From Nemertoderma westbladi (taxonomy: Eukaryota > Animalia > Xenacoelomorpha): a DNA stretch of 40,158 nt. Below, piece after piece: positions 27,872-39,939 of this stretch (position 1 is its first letter; each line of letters opens with the position of its first letter). The position numbers and the translations under genes were made by a program. Where the stretch lies: the NCBI GenBank assembly GCA_032718475.1, contig JAUCBJ010001764.1:1-40158 (forward strand). The letters run 5' to 3'. The notes below the pieces were generated by a model. That model was given only the letters and a program-made list of their open reading frames with translations, did not search any database and was not told the origin of the DNA.

Positions 27872-29494
27872 TTACATTGGGTAGGGTAAGGCCAAGCTGG
27901 TGTGATATCGGGATGTTGAGATCTTTAACAAAATCGCGGTGCAGAAAAAGCTTAGCAATGCGTTAATAATCCAAATCCAGTAATAAGTTGAGGACTCAAT
28001 ATAAAACACAGGGTATTCCATTTCGGAGAGTGTGTGACAACTAGAGGTCGTTACTGTAGATACACCAGAGCACCAGTACAAAGAATATAGCCATGGGGAA
28101 TTAATTGGGTAGAAAAGTAAATCCAAACCAAATTCCTTGTAGTCATGGATCTCAGACCAGAGAACCTCCCACCATGCCGCATTAATAACGGATACGTTTT
28201 TGTTTAAGTAATATTGAAGTGGTCTATCTGGTTTAGGCCAATCGAATCTAGTTACATCTGCAGGTATATCGGCGGAAGTATTGAGGGACCAATCGTAATG
28301 CCAATATATCAGGTCAGCATCAATCCCGCTACTAACAATGGTATTTATGATCTGATCACTGTAGGTAAAATGGTAAGGCGAGTTTTCAGGGGGTCGCCGA
28401 ATATCAAAGAAAACCAACTTCTTTCGAGTCGCCGCTAATTGGAGTAAGTCTATAAGGCGTGGGACTTTCTGGTGTCGAAATAATTCGTGAGTTGAGGAAT
28501 TGGTGAGGGAAAGTGTTTCGAACGGGTCGAAATCTGTAAACCACCGACCGGCAGAGAGTCGGGCAGTCTCGTTCCCATAGGTGAACCAATCGACACGTTG
28601 GTTTATGAGATCCGGGAAAACTATATCGATATCTGTAGTTCGTTGGAAGTTGGAGTCGTGCATAAGAAAAGGAACTCCGTCCCAAGAAACGAACAAGTCC
28701 GTTTCAAATCCCACCAAGTCCGGACACATCTCGTCCGCTAGTTGGAATGACACCATGGTGTTCTCGGGTGCCAATCGCTCGATCCCACGATGTCCAACTA
28801 GTTGCGGTTTAGATGGGAGCTCAGTTTGGCTTCGAATACACGGGGAACTTATAAACAGTGGTGAGACACTCAACAGAGCTACGCATCCAAGAAAGAATAA
28901 CTTGGCTGTGATCCTCGTCCATTTATGATGAAAACTGGCGAAATATCGTCCTATCGGCCATGTTGCCAATGCGACGACCCAAGTTGCCGCTATTTGTATA
29001 AAAGGACCTGTCATCGGCAAAGAGACGACCACTATGAAGAAGTTCTCGTGCCATTGCTGGTCGTAAATCAGGATACTAACGACGCAAAAGGAAATCAATA
29101 CAAAAGATGATATCACCCAGCAGAGATGGACTTCAAATGTTGAATATTTTCCTCTCAAATGGGCGATGAGGATAAAAAGCAAATGGGATAGCGACCACAG
29201 GGATAGCAGGACAACCAAAGAAAGAAGAACCCAATACCAGTGCCAGAATCGGCGCATTGTATCAGTTAGTTGAGCCAATGTGTAGTTAACCGCACCATAG
29301 TCGTTTAGTGTTAGAACTTGGTAATATAAGAGGTATGTTGTTAACATTACCCCCAATAGAGTGGATACGGTGAATAGGATTCGTTTTCCTTTGATATAGT
29401 AGAAGCGACATTTTATACAGCGATTGTTTGTAACGCATAGATTGCATGGTGGACAGAAACTGCACGCAAGAGTTGATTCTAATTTCCCTCCCAT
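27872..29494 (-). CDS. GDPD5-like: Multi-pass membrane glycerophosphodiester phosphodiesterase, GDE2/GDE3/GDE6 (GDPD5/GDPD2/GDPD4) subfamily, about 540 aa, single coding exon
   Basis: Several N-terminal TM segments, then SPCI..LPSKPQLVGHRG..APENT..GFETD..DGVPFLMHD..RTTD..LSAGRWF..DPF..FDIRRPP..INSPWLYSLYWCSGV..VTT and a final TM. First ATG is at 29494; the track start at 29530 is TTG. Confidence 0.93.
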   Translation of the reverse strand: MGGKLESTLACSFCPPCNLCVTNNRCIKCRFYYIKGKRILFTVSTLLGVMLTTYLLYYQVLTLNDYGAVNYTLAQLTDTMRRFWHWYWVLLSLVVLLSLWSLSHLLFILIAHLRGKYSTFEVHLCWVISSFVLISFCVVSILIYDQQWHENFFIVVVSLPMTGPFIQIAATWVVALATWPIGRYFASFHHKWTRITAKLFFLGCVALLSVSPLFISSPCIRSQTELPSKPQLVGHRGIERLAPENTMVSFQLADEMCPDLVGFETDLFVSWDGVPFLMHDSNFQRTTDIDIVFPDLINQRVDWFTYGNETARLSAGRWFTDFDPFETLSLTNSSTHELFRHQKVPRLIDLLQLAATRKKLVFFDIRRPPENSPYHFTYSDQIINTIVSSGIDADLIYWHYDWSLNTSADIPADVTRFDWPKPDRPLQYYLNKNVSVINAAWWEVLWSEIHDYKEFGLDLLFYPINSPWLYSLYWCSGVSTVTTSSCHTLSEMEYPVFYIESSTYYWIWIINALLSFFCTAILLKISTSRYHTSLALPYPM

Positions 29495-31099
29495 TACAAT
29501 AAAATATGTTCGCGAAATTAAACTTGCCAAAATGTAGGATATAGAAGAGTTATAGTGTGATTAATATATGAAATATAGCACAACTGGACAGTTACTTAAG
29601 CATTTAATGTAATATTCATGATGATTTTTAAAATATAAAAGAAAACATATCATTAAAATTATATATGAATTTAACAGGTAACATATATATTTGAATATGA
29701 ATAAATAATATTTGATTTGGTTTTGAATCAATAGTCTGACAAGTAACCCATCTCCACTTTAGCAATTTCGTGTTACAGGTGTAAAATCCGGCAGCCGACC
29801 GATAACCAATTATTATGATCAAAAATTAAACTGAAACTAGTGTTCTTGACACACTGTAACCTGTTCCTTTCCCTTAACTTTTATAATGGTTGCCATAGTG
29901 TCGGTGCAACGTGCAACTGCGGGAGATGCGAATAACGTAAACCCCCCTAGGCAACTAGGAAGGTATACTACTACGGAAGTCAGGGATAGTGGGAGAAGGA
30001 AAGCACAATTTAAACAGGGAAAACAAATCACTTACCCCCAAGTTGATGAAATATGGGATAATTTTATGACATAAGATGCTAATATACATTCTCCCCCACC
30101 CGTGGGAGAATAACAGCTATTGTATTAATGTTATATAAATTATTATTGGATTTCTTGACAAAGTCCAGAAATGTGAATAATTATAAAAATATTTTCTGCA
30201 ATAATTAAAGCATAATCGCTCGTTATTTTATTAATTGATAAATATATTAAGTTAACATCGTTATGGATAATGTATCAAAAAACACCAATGGCACAAAGGA
30301 CGAACATGGAATGAACACGAACAATGGTTATTAAATTATTAATGTAGTTATTGACTGTATTACAAATAACGCAAAATTACAATAATGTCAGTTAGATATT
30401 TAAAAAAGTAGGCCCTTCAATATTGATTAGGTTACTGTGTATTACGCCAATTTTACAACGTCTAAAAACCCGTGCAATAATACTGAACTACATGGCAATA
30501 AAGATTAAACCATCTAGGTACAGTAGAACAATAACTGTATCAATGCAGAATGCAGAATGCAGGGCTAGTGTGTGCAGGGTGAGGATAGGCCAACGGCAGA
30601 ACGGTGAGGATATACTGTAGGCTTACGGCAAGAGTTTGAATTTGGGATAGTTATTTGGCTTGCGATAACAAAACTGCCAACACACACTAATATTATGTTA
30701 TAATTAGTCGGCTCTCGGTCACCATGGAAAACGAAATGGCAAACACAATACAGCGATTTCAACCCAATATTATATATAATATTACATATCATAAATAATT
30801 TTTCTTGATTATTATAATTTAGTTTTAACCTTAAAAACAAGTGTGTGAAATATTAGCTTCATAGCAATATGCAACAGTTCGAAATGAAAACCTGGTATTC
30901 TTCCCAAGGGCGTAAGGAATATAATAGTAGAGATCTGAGTAATATTATAAGATAAGAGCCAATTGAAACCAACCACTTCAGCTCGTCGTTTTGTTACAGT
31001 TGTATTGGTACAGCTGTTATTTGGATCGATTTTTCATTGGTTGATTTTTGATTGACCCAAGAGTCTAACTAATTAGACTTACTGTATCGACGCTCTAAA

Positions 31100-31395
31100 T
31101 AAACTACTTTATACACTATTGGGGGTGTCCCATTAGTCTCCCCAAGCTTGGCACTTGAACGGAGTCGCCTCCGCTTTGCATGATATTGCTTTCGCAGTGA
31201 AGAACAGTCAGTGCATAATCTTGACTTTTGGCGACATCATGGAGAGAATAGTATGGAAGTATGGTGGACATGACTTTCTTGAGACGCATCTTAAAGGACA
31301 CTGGCCTTGAAGATGCGGATGATCTAGCAAATGTCATGGGTGATAGGAAGTTGTGGCGGCTCAATTTTGTCAACAAGACAGCACCGGATTCTTAA
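31100..31395 (+). mobile_element. RTE 3'-end fragment
   Basis: LY..VPLVS..RLRFA*YCFRSEEQSVHNL.FW..HG, then after a frameshift MTFLRRILKDTGLEDADDLANVMGDRKLWR..*, the typical RTE C-terminus. Confidence 0.8.
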
Positions 31396-31746
31396 GATAT
31401 ATGAGATATATAATGCAGCTGCAATGCAGCATGCCGATATTAGTAGTAGTAAGTTAACTATGTTACTGAGACTGACATATGATGTCAAACATATAAAACA
31501 ACTCGGACAAAAAGAGCCTAAAAGTAACTGAGTAAGCAATGGGACTGAGCATCGATATTAAAACAGTAAAACAAAGCAACGGTAAATAAATGCGAAAGAT
31601 AAATGCTTTGATAAACTTGAATGTCCAAAAGTTGTGATTCACTGCCAATCTTTGGTTCTTAATTGGTCTGATTTTAAACAACGTACTTAACCTGGCATGT
31701 TTATTATCGAAAGCGGTTTATTTCAGCCATTTCAAATTTTAGGAAG

Positions 31747-31818
31747 TATTATGATGACTGAGTGAGTACTTATTATGATGACTGAGTGAGTACTTATTAT
31801 GATGACTGAGTGAGTACT
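31747..31818. repeat. 24-bp unit x3 (TATTATGATGACTGAGTGAGTACT)
   Basis: Three perfect tandem copies. Confidence 0.95.
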
Positions 31819-32359
31819 GCAAGTGTATTGTGCATTCCATGTCCGAAGAGGAATAAATATTAAACTGGGAATTTTATCTGGGAACTAGAAAACTGGGAAC
31901 TAGAAGAAAACGTATTTATAGCATATTGTAATAATGAATAAAAAGATAAAATTACTGTAATTATCACAAATATTAAAAGCCAATTAATGTAAATAATTAA
32001 ACTGTATATCTACGGGATAACAATACTGCTATTAAATAACAATGACCTGCACTTCAATAAATTATATATATAGATAGACCTGTATTGAATAAGAAAGATA
32101 TAATATATACTATATTACTTAAGTCTTATAATATAACACTTTATACGATTTGGGAAGATAACCTTAAAGTGGTAGTTACGATTTTAGGCTTGTAATTTTA
32201 TTCGGAAATGGAAATATTAAATTTAAAAAAAAGCCTTAAATTCATTAAAATTCAATATAAAACAATAAATTTCATTAGTTTGTGCGCGACATAACGGTAC
32301 TCGTACTGGTACCGATATAACGTTATACCTTGAAACTATAGTAATATAATGTATCACTA

Positions 32360-32414
32360 GCTATACAAACATACATACACATATACACAATTTGGGCTTT
32401 AGATATATATAGAA
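32360..32414 (-). mobile_element. Possible 5' end of a non-autonomous Helitron; related sequence at 33621-33658
   Basis: Minus strand reads TCTATATATATCTAAAGCCCAAATTGTGT followed by a (TGTA)n-like tract; ACAAACATACATAC..ACACAATTTG.GC recurs at 33621-33658. Confidence 0.4.
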
Positions 32415-32565
32415 GCATCTGGGGAAATTTCCCTCAGGTTCAGAATAGCCAATGAGCAGCTTAGCATAAGATATACTACAGTACAACAGTACTGGAACTC
32501 CCTCCATATACTAAACGAACGGATGGAGTGAAGTGGTAGGCATTCACCAGCGCTAACATTGGATG

Positions 32566-32664
32566 ATAGAAATAAAATAAAATATAGAGGGTCTTTAGCT
32601 GGTGATATCTATATTTAATATAATATAACCAGCTAAAGACCCTCAATATTATATTTTATTTATA
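32566..32664. repeat. Inverted repeat (hairpin MITE-like remnant)
   Basis: Perfect 17-bp arms GAGGGTCTTTAGCTGGT (32587-32603) and ACCAGCTAAAGACCCTC (32628-32644), extending imperfectly outward. Confidence 0.85.
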
Positions 32665-32829
32665 TCTCCCATCGACTATACATTCTTATTCTTAGCTGGT
32701 TAATAATATTTGTTGTTGATGTAAATTGTCACGGGGTGTTGCTTTGCTTTACACTTAGGTCTGCCTACAACCACTAAAAGCCAATTATTACGGCATAACA
32801 CATAGCAAGATAGCCATAATGCTTGCTAG

Positions 32830-32870
32830 TCTACAGTAGTATCTATTAATTCTGTAGATACTACTGTAGA
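32830..32870. repeat. Perfect 16-bp inverted repeat with 9-nt loop
   Basis: TCTACAGTAGTATCTA / TAGATACTACTGTAGA. Confidence 0.9.
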
Positions 32871-33772
32871 TGCTCACAAATTTAGTTTGGATTTTCAAGC
32901 TGCAGTTAATGATGATGTGTTTCACCAACATTAAATAATTTTAAAATATATTTGTACACACTCGCTTAGTTCGACTGAAGCTTAATAGAAGACCGTTAGA
33001 ACTTCTTACTGTAAAAGTGTTCACTATCTATCTATGTATATCGGGTGAACTCCTCCGATATATCAATCGACGCAGCTCAACCCCAAGATGTGGAAAAAAG
33101 TTTCTAAAAAAATTATTAAAGTGTCTTTTTTTAAGTCCAAAAATAGCCCCAAAATACGACAATTGCCATAGACTCAATGATAGAAACGCCTAATACTATT
33201 GATGGAATGGATAGGCACAAACTACTGAAAAGTATACTACTTGTCATGTTTATCTCACTCTATCCCGTTAGTTTGTAATGTATTACCCCACCAGCTGAAT
33301 AGTCCTTCACAGTAAATCCTATGGGAATATCTATAAGGTTACTTACTGCTGGGAGGCCAGCTGATTGAATTCTAAGCACTGGGTCGTTCAGGAGGGACCC
33401 AACTACACTACGTTTTTCTATGGACGGTCGGTCTTCTTATAGCTGGCTTTTTAGAAAAGACACTAATCGAATTGCAATAAATACCGAAAAAGTACTAAAA
33501 GTACCGACAATATTCACTGCATGTCGGTGAAAATTACTTTATACAGAGCCAAGAACCACGCTGAATCCAACGCTACTTTCCCCATATCGCGAGAGCCAGT
33601 AGTTTAGGAGGAGATAGAGGAACAAACATACATACATACATACAAACACAATTTGAGCGGGGACTCTACTTGGTTCCCGCTCGCGGTATAAGGTTGTGGG
33701 GCGAGCCACGAAGTTGGCGGAGCCTTAGCGAATTGACACTGTTAGGGGGTGGGTCAATTTATGCAAATAGTT

Positions 33773-33930
<158 letters not shown>

Positions 33931-34184
33931 TACGATTTTGACATGCTAATAACTTTGTCGGATTTAAAGCTGCCAAGTTGAAAATTTGTAGGTATCAATA
34001 TGAGCTAAAGTTGAGATTTTTGAGAGACTTTCAGACACCATCAGTGCAATGGTCTCCCGCTAGAGGGCCACATGTCTAAACATTAAATGCCCTCCCATTT
34101 CTTTGCTTTTAATCCGTTTAAGCTGAAACTTGGCAGATATGTATTAGACCATTAGCTGTGACTTTCAAAGGAGGCGAATCCATC

Positions 34185-34215
34185 TGCAGTTCTCCAGTCT
34201 GCCGCTAGAGGGCCA
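34185..34215 (+). promoter_or_regulatory. CTCF-like motif with upstream module; second copy at 34040-34070
   Basis: TGCAGTTCTCCAGTCTGCCGCTAGAGGGCCA and ATCAGTGCAATGGTCTCCCGCTAGAGGGCCA resemble the CCRSYAGRKGGC core with a TGCAGT-type module 17 nt upstream. Binding is not shown. Confidence 0.5.
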
Positions 34216-34996
34216 ACGTGACTATTTGCATAAATTGACCTACCCCCTAACAGTGTCAATTCGCTAAGGCTCTGCCAACTTCGTGCTGCGCGAAGTCCCC
34301 ACTTCGTGTATTTTATATACATTCTGTTCTACCTACATAGGCAAATAATATTTCTATTTTCGAATAAAATCAATTTTATTATAATCTAATGGTATAGGGA
34401 ACTGTATATAAAATTATTAAAACCTAACCACAATCAATATCTGCATTCAAATAAGTTTAAATTATATTAATTAATTATTTCACCAATAAAAAATATCAGC
34501 GGCGAATCTTTTTGGGTCTAAAGTATTCAGTTTAATTAATGAAGCGGTACTAGCAATCATAAACAATTATAAACAATCGGCCTATTATTAATGAACAATT
34601 ATTTTACGACCAGCAATAAGCAAGCTCTTACCTAGCAAACTACTGTACATCGTGTACCCTGAGGCTCAATAACAAAATTGTTAAAAGTAATGGATTTTAG
34701 TGCAAAGAATAATTTGAGAGAACATATAATTTTCATTCGCACTTTTCGCCTACGCCGGTTTTGTTCGTTTTCCCGCGACGCTTTACACGACAAGTGCAAC
34801 TTTTTGGGAAACGTTTTGAGCAACTCAAGTGGCACATCAAGTTGCGACATATATAAACAGCAGTTGCTGAAAAAACAACGCAAATTAGAAGCGCCAATAA
34901 ATCGAAATTGATTGACATATTTCAGAAAGTTAGTCGTCGTTATTGAATAAAAGCCGGAAAATTAAATTAAATTACAATTAGATAAAATTAAAGAAT

Positions 34997-35186
34997 TTGC
35001 CGGCCACGTTGGGTTGCCGGCCACGTTGGGTTGCCGGCCACGTTGGGTTGCCGGCCACGTTGGGTTGCCGGCCACGTTGGGTTGCCGGCCACGTTGGGTT
35101 GCCGGCCACGTTGGGTTGCCGGCCACGTTGGGTTGCCGGCCACGTTGGGTTGCCGGCCACGTTGGGTTGCCGGCCACGTTGGGTTG
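34997..35186. repeat. 17-bp minisatellite, 11 perfect copies (TTGCCGGCCACGTTGGG)
   Basis: Directly visible; followed by hairpin TTTGGGGTAA-AAG-TTACCCCAAA (35196-35218). Confidence 0.98.
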
Positions 35187-35595
35187 GTGCGATAATTTGG
35201 GGTAAAAGTTACCCCAAAAGGAACCGTTTTGTGTAAATTGGCATTAACATACCCAATTAAATTAATATAAAATCATTATAAATTAATGTAAGAAGGCCTT
35301 TAAAGAAAGATCGGCGGGAAATATTTGTTAATAATATTATTAGTTAATATAAGTACCGGTATTCAAGTTGTTGCAAAAATCAAAAAGATCAGACCAGTTA
35401 TATATAAATTAATTTAAACTACTCCTATGCTCCCGCTCCCGTTCATTGATTGTTCTATAGGAGTAAATTAATCACTATTTATATAACTACGAAGCAAACC
35501 GAAGTAATTAGATGTTTAAAAATTGAAATGTTTACTTCTAAATTGAACGAATAATTATTCATTTATACAAAAATATAACACAAATAATAAACAAA

Positions 35596-36269
35596 ACTCA
35601 ATGTGGTACACCGGGACTCAATGTGGTACACCCGGACTCAATGTGGTACACCGGGACTCAATGTGGTACACCGGGACTCAATGTGGTACACCGGGACTCA
35701 ATGTGGTACACCGGGACTCAATGTGGTACATCGGGACTCAATGTGGTACAGCGGGACTCAATGTGGTACACCGGGACTTAATGTGGTACACCGGGACTCA
35801 ATGTGGTACAGCGGGACTCAATGTGGTACACCGGGACTTAATGTGGTACACCGGGACTCAATGTGGTACATCGGGACTCAATGGTGGTACACCGGGACTC
35901 AATATGGTACATCGGGACTCAATGTGGTACACCGGGACTCAATGTGGTAAACCGGGACTTAATGTGGTACATCGGGACTCAATGTGGTACAGCGGGACTC
36001 AATGTGGTACACCGGGACTTAATGTGGTACACCGGGACTCAATGTGGTACATCGGGACTCAATGGTGGTACACCGGGACTCAATGTGGTACATCGGGACT
36101 CAATGTGATACATCGGAAATCAATGTGGTACACCGGGCCTCAATGTGGTACACCGGAGCTCAATGTGGTACACCGGGACTCAATGTGGAACACCGGGACT
36201 CAATGTGGTACACCGGGCCTCAATGTGGTACACCGGGACTCAATTTGGTACACCGGGACTCAATGTGGT
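35596..36269. repeat. 20-bp minisatellite, about 33 copies (ACTCAATGTGGTACACCGGG)
   Basis: Directly visible; a +G variant recurs 181 bp apart (about 35883 and 36064). Confidence 0.98.
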
Positions 36270-36757
36270 CTTTATGAAATCCTCTCCCTTTCACCACATC
36301 CGGGCCTCACTCGCCTAATGTGGAATGGTGAAACTGGTGCTTTCTTAAATAATTTTATACAATCTGTAATATTTAAATATAATTATTTATGAACAGGAAT
36401 TTACATTAACTATTACATATTTGTTTTTTTAATTTTTGTTTATACTACTATTTATTTGGCTCCGGTATGTTAATTTAGGAAAGAATTTAGTTTCAAAATG
36501 AAAACAAACCATCGTATATTGCAAGGGGGACCCGACAGATAGCGATACCAATAATAAGTTAACCAAAATTGACCAAATTTTTTTGGTTAAAATACTTAGA
36601 CGATTTCTTGGGATAAATATTAAATTTATAAGCAAGAAAAAAATACAGCACAAAATTAATATATTACAATATGTAATTTAAACATGACTTTTTTATGTTC
36701 ACTCACAACATTATAGAAATTTAGGCGAAAAAATTTAAATTCCCAACATACTGGATT

Positions 36758-36840
36758 CCCCTACCTATCTGGCTGACTACACAACGGTACCAGACGCTAA
36801 AGGTACAGGTTCGAATCCAGACACTGGTTAATTCCCATTT
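36758..36840 (+). mobile_element. Possible tRNA-derived SINE head remnant
   Basis: Perfect B box GGTTCGAATCC at 36808-36818; no convincing A box or cloverleaf. Confidence 0.3.
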
Positions 36841-36988
36841 CGTCGCTTCAATCGTTTCGTAGTGATTTCAACCAAAGTATGTTTAAATTGCACAAATATT
36901 TAATCTACATATAAAAAACATAATAAACACCAGAAAATCACGATTAAATACGATGTAAATCACTTACCTACGAACCCAAATCGATTCC

Positions 36989-37046
36989 CCAACATAACGA
37001 TAAAAAAAGGCAAGTAACCAACATAACGATAAAAAAAGGCAAGTAA
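36989..37046. repeat. 29-bp tandem duplication
   Basis: CCAACATAACGATAAAAAAAGGCAAGTAA x2. Confidence 0.9.
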
Positions 37047-37621
37047 GTAACTTACATAATTTACTCTATATAGTCAGTCACATTAAAATATGTTCACTTA
37101 AATAACGGTAACATGTTCTTGAGCGAAAATACAACAATGTACGGCGGACCACTGCTATGTTTACTCTCTATATAATTCTATAGGGCCTACTGCAGTATAG
37201 AACGCCTCGACTTAAAAACAACCAATATTTTTTGTAATACAATATCATTGTACTGCTTAGAATGGATTTCAACAGACATAGCGTTAGCTTGAAATATGAT
37301 ATGTAGAGTAAAGAGAGAAATGAGATACTAAAAATCACAAGAAACCTCAATCGATAATATTACGTTAACCCTCAATGACCTATATTCATATATTTAATTA
37401 CAATTGATCCCATAAACGTACCAGGATAGTTCGACTTATATTTTATGCGAAAACTTTTAGTCTTAGGCCACGCATGTGTGAATTTCATGCCCTAGCTAGT
37501 CGAATACTCCACTCACTAAATAAGATACCTGTTTAAGTCAATTGGCAGAGCGACACTGCCATGATGACTAATAATTATTATAGACCTTGTATTCTATCCA
37601 TAAAATGGTTATCCACTCTCG

Positions 37622-37854
37622 CTACTTTTGACAGCAACAACAACAACAGCAGACTACCACGAGTATAATGAGAACTATAACAGCCCCAACGAATATACCA
37701 ACGAACGCTCCGATACTGAGGTTGAGAGCTCGTGCAATATTGTAGAACCAGTCGTATATATGATCACTGAGAGAACAACATATATTTACAGATTCATCGT
37801 AGAAACAACAGTATTCCTGACCATCCAGATGGCAATTTTCATTACTAAAACAAT
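37622..37854 (-). CDS. Shisa-like protein, exon 2: second six-Cys domain, TM helix, Cys7 tail
   Basis: Acceptor ttatttccag|AT (phase 1); CFSNENC..YCC..ICC, TM IGAFVGIFVGAVIVLIILVVV, then CCCCCCCQK*. Confidence 0.75.
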
Positions 37855-38177
37855 CTGGAAATAATTGTGAAATGTTTGCCATTAAAAACGTAAATATGAA
37901 TAGAAAATAATTAATGTTCTTTTAATTAATTTAGAAACCTCCCCTGTCACTTTCCCACATATTTTGTAAAAATTACATAATAACAATAACAAAAAGTGTA
38001 TTAGTTATTGATGATGATGGCAGTGAGTTACCGAAATATATATATTTGTAACTATCTACTTTTTGTTTTAATACCATCTATAAATTTATTTAAATTTTTC
38101 CCACTTAATTATTTTTCATCAAACAAAAAGTCATGGCGACACGCCAAACCACCCAATGTGATAATTAATAACCGCAC

Positions 38178-38373
38178 CTTTAACCTTCCTTGTTTTACAG
38201 CAGTAATCGATGAGTCCGTCGCAGCATCTACCCTGGTCGTAGTCGTCGTTGAAACCCGGACAATCATCATCGGAAGTACAAAACCAGCCGTCGCATAATG
38301 GAGTCAGAAAAAGTAGCAATACACCAACGTATGTCAGAGTACTCAATGGTGATAACCCTTTCTGTAAGGCCAT
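38178..38373 (-). CDS. Shisa-like protein, exon 1: signal peptide and first six-Cys domain
   Basis: ATG at 38373; hydrophobic leader ..YVGVLLLFLTPLCDG, then WFCTSDDDC..RCC..YCC; phase-1 donor AAAG|GTGCGG at 38178/38177 matches the exon 2 phase across a 323-bp AT-rich intron. Confidence 0.7.
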
Positions 38374-39939
38374 CGTACCACCGAAACAAATTTGATTAGT
38401 CAAGAAAGAGATAATAGCGCGCACTTTATGATGGCTGAAGGTGCAGATTCAATCAAGGTTAGCGTTACGCCAGGTACACAAGTTATATGGCTTCCACAGT
38501 AGTTGTATGACACTATGACAGGTTTATGTGATTAACTCATCAAATATATATACCGGAACATTAAAACGGAATGATAATCCTCGAGAAGATAGTATGCAAC
38601 CGCATTGCCAATTTATTTTCAAGTGGTGTTTATAATGAAATACAGTTCCAGAAGTAACGATGGTTCATGCTATACTGTTGTAGGCCTACTTGGTCAACAA
38701 ATAAGTTAAGAAATGTATCAATGTATAATTTATATAGGGAATTGATTGAATTTAATATATTGCAACCATGTGTGTTGGGTTTACTCCTAATAGGTGTCAC
38801 TTATACATTATTTATTTAACATGCATGAGAGTTGGTGAGTAAATTAAAATTACGCAGTACATGCAAAACACCTAACTCTGCAACCTACACAGTAAAACGT
38901 ACGTCCTACCTAATCAATACATGATAGATAGGCCTCGTGTCGTCTGAGTCGCTTTACGGCTACTCAAACAACACAATGGAACCGCAACACTACAGTAGCA
39001 GTAGTCGTAATACAACTTCGGCATGGAAACAGTAGCCATAACGCCACTGTGTCCTTTAGCCTATCCCATGTGCCAATGTATTGTGGAGTATTGAAAGAAA
39101 TTTAGGTACAAAAATATTATTCAAGAAAGATGAAGATATTAAGGAAGGGGGTTTGTAATATTAAATTAATATTGAGGACATTAACTTGTTGAAAAATTAA
39201 TTATAATTTTTCGCCCATGTAAAGAATACCAGGATTCCACATTTCGGTCGAAATTTTATTGAGATTTTATATGTGAATAATTTACTATCTTACAACCAGT
39301 ACCTATGCTAATTCGCATATTGTTTTGGTTAGATTCAGCCTTTCACTAAACTGGTTTTTAGTGAAAGCTGGTAATTCTTTACATGTGGGCACAACTGCAA
39401 AGTGAAGAAATATAACACCAGAAATTCTGGTATTCTTCACAAGGGCAAAATGTTTGTCCACAAACGAATTGTAACAGTTAACAGAACAAAACATGTCACT
39501 GAATTGACAATGAAAGAAATTAAGATAATTTGAGATCGTTATATTAAACGGTCTATATAATGCATAATGAATAATGGATGCAAACATAGTAAACCAGATG
39601 CTTCATGATGCTTAACAAACTACTATAAATAATATTATTCATTGTAAAATAGAGCGAATGTTATATTATAATAGCCAACTGTTACACATCCAACATGAAT
39701 AATAGCGGTCACTGCTTAGTTATCAGTCAGTATGACGTATCAGTTTATCATTAAGCATTAGCATTATTTGGAGAAAAGTATGTAATGTAATACAATATCA
39801 ATGTAAATAAATACATATTTGCTACTGGTAGCAATATAATTAATGTTAATGCTAAGCATCACATTAAAACTAAAGAACAACATATAAATGATAATAACAT
39901 ACGGTAACATTAACATTCCCTATTCGAAAGCCTTGCTTC

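Noticed and set aside
28214-29110. Short ORFs overlapping GDPD (likewise those over copine and the LINEs)
   Set aside because: Antisense or alternate-frame shadows of real coding sequence.
29495-29530. TTG-initiated N-terminal extension of GDPD
   Set aside because: Non-ATG start from the ORF caller; the first ATG is at 29494, though an upstream exon is not excluded.
34962-36392. Repetitive ORFs over the 17-bp and 20-bp arrays
   Set aside because: Unit lengths are not multiples of 3 and the same peptide appears in several frames.
36790-36830. tRNA gene
   Set aside because: Only a B box; no acceptor, D or anticodon stems found. The same applies to GTTCGATTC near 6339.
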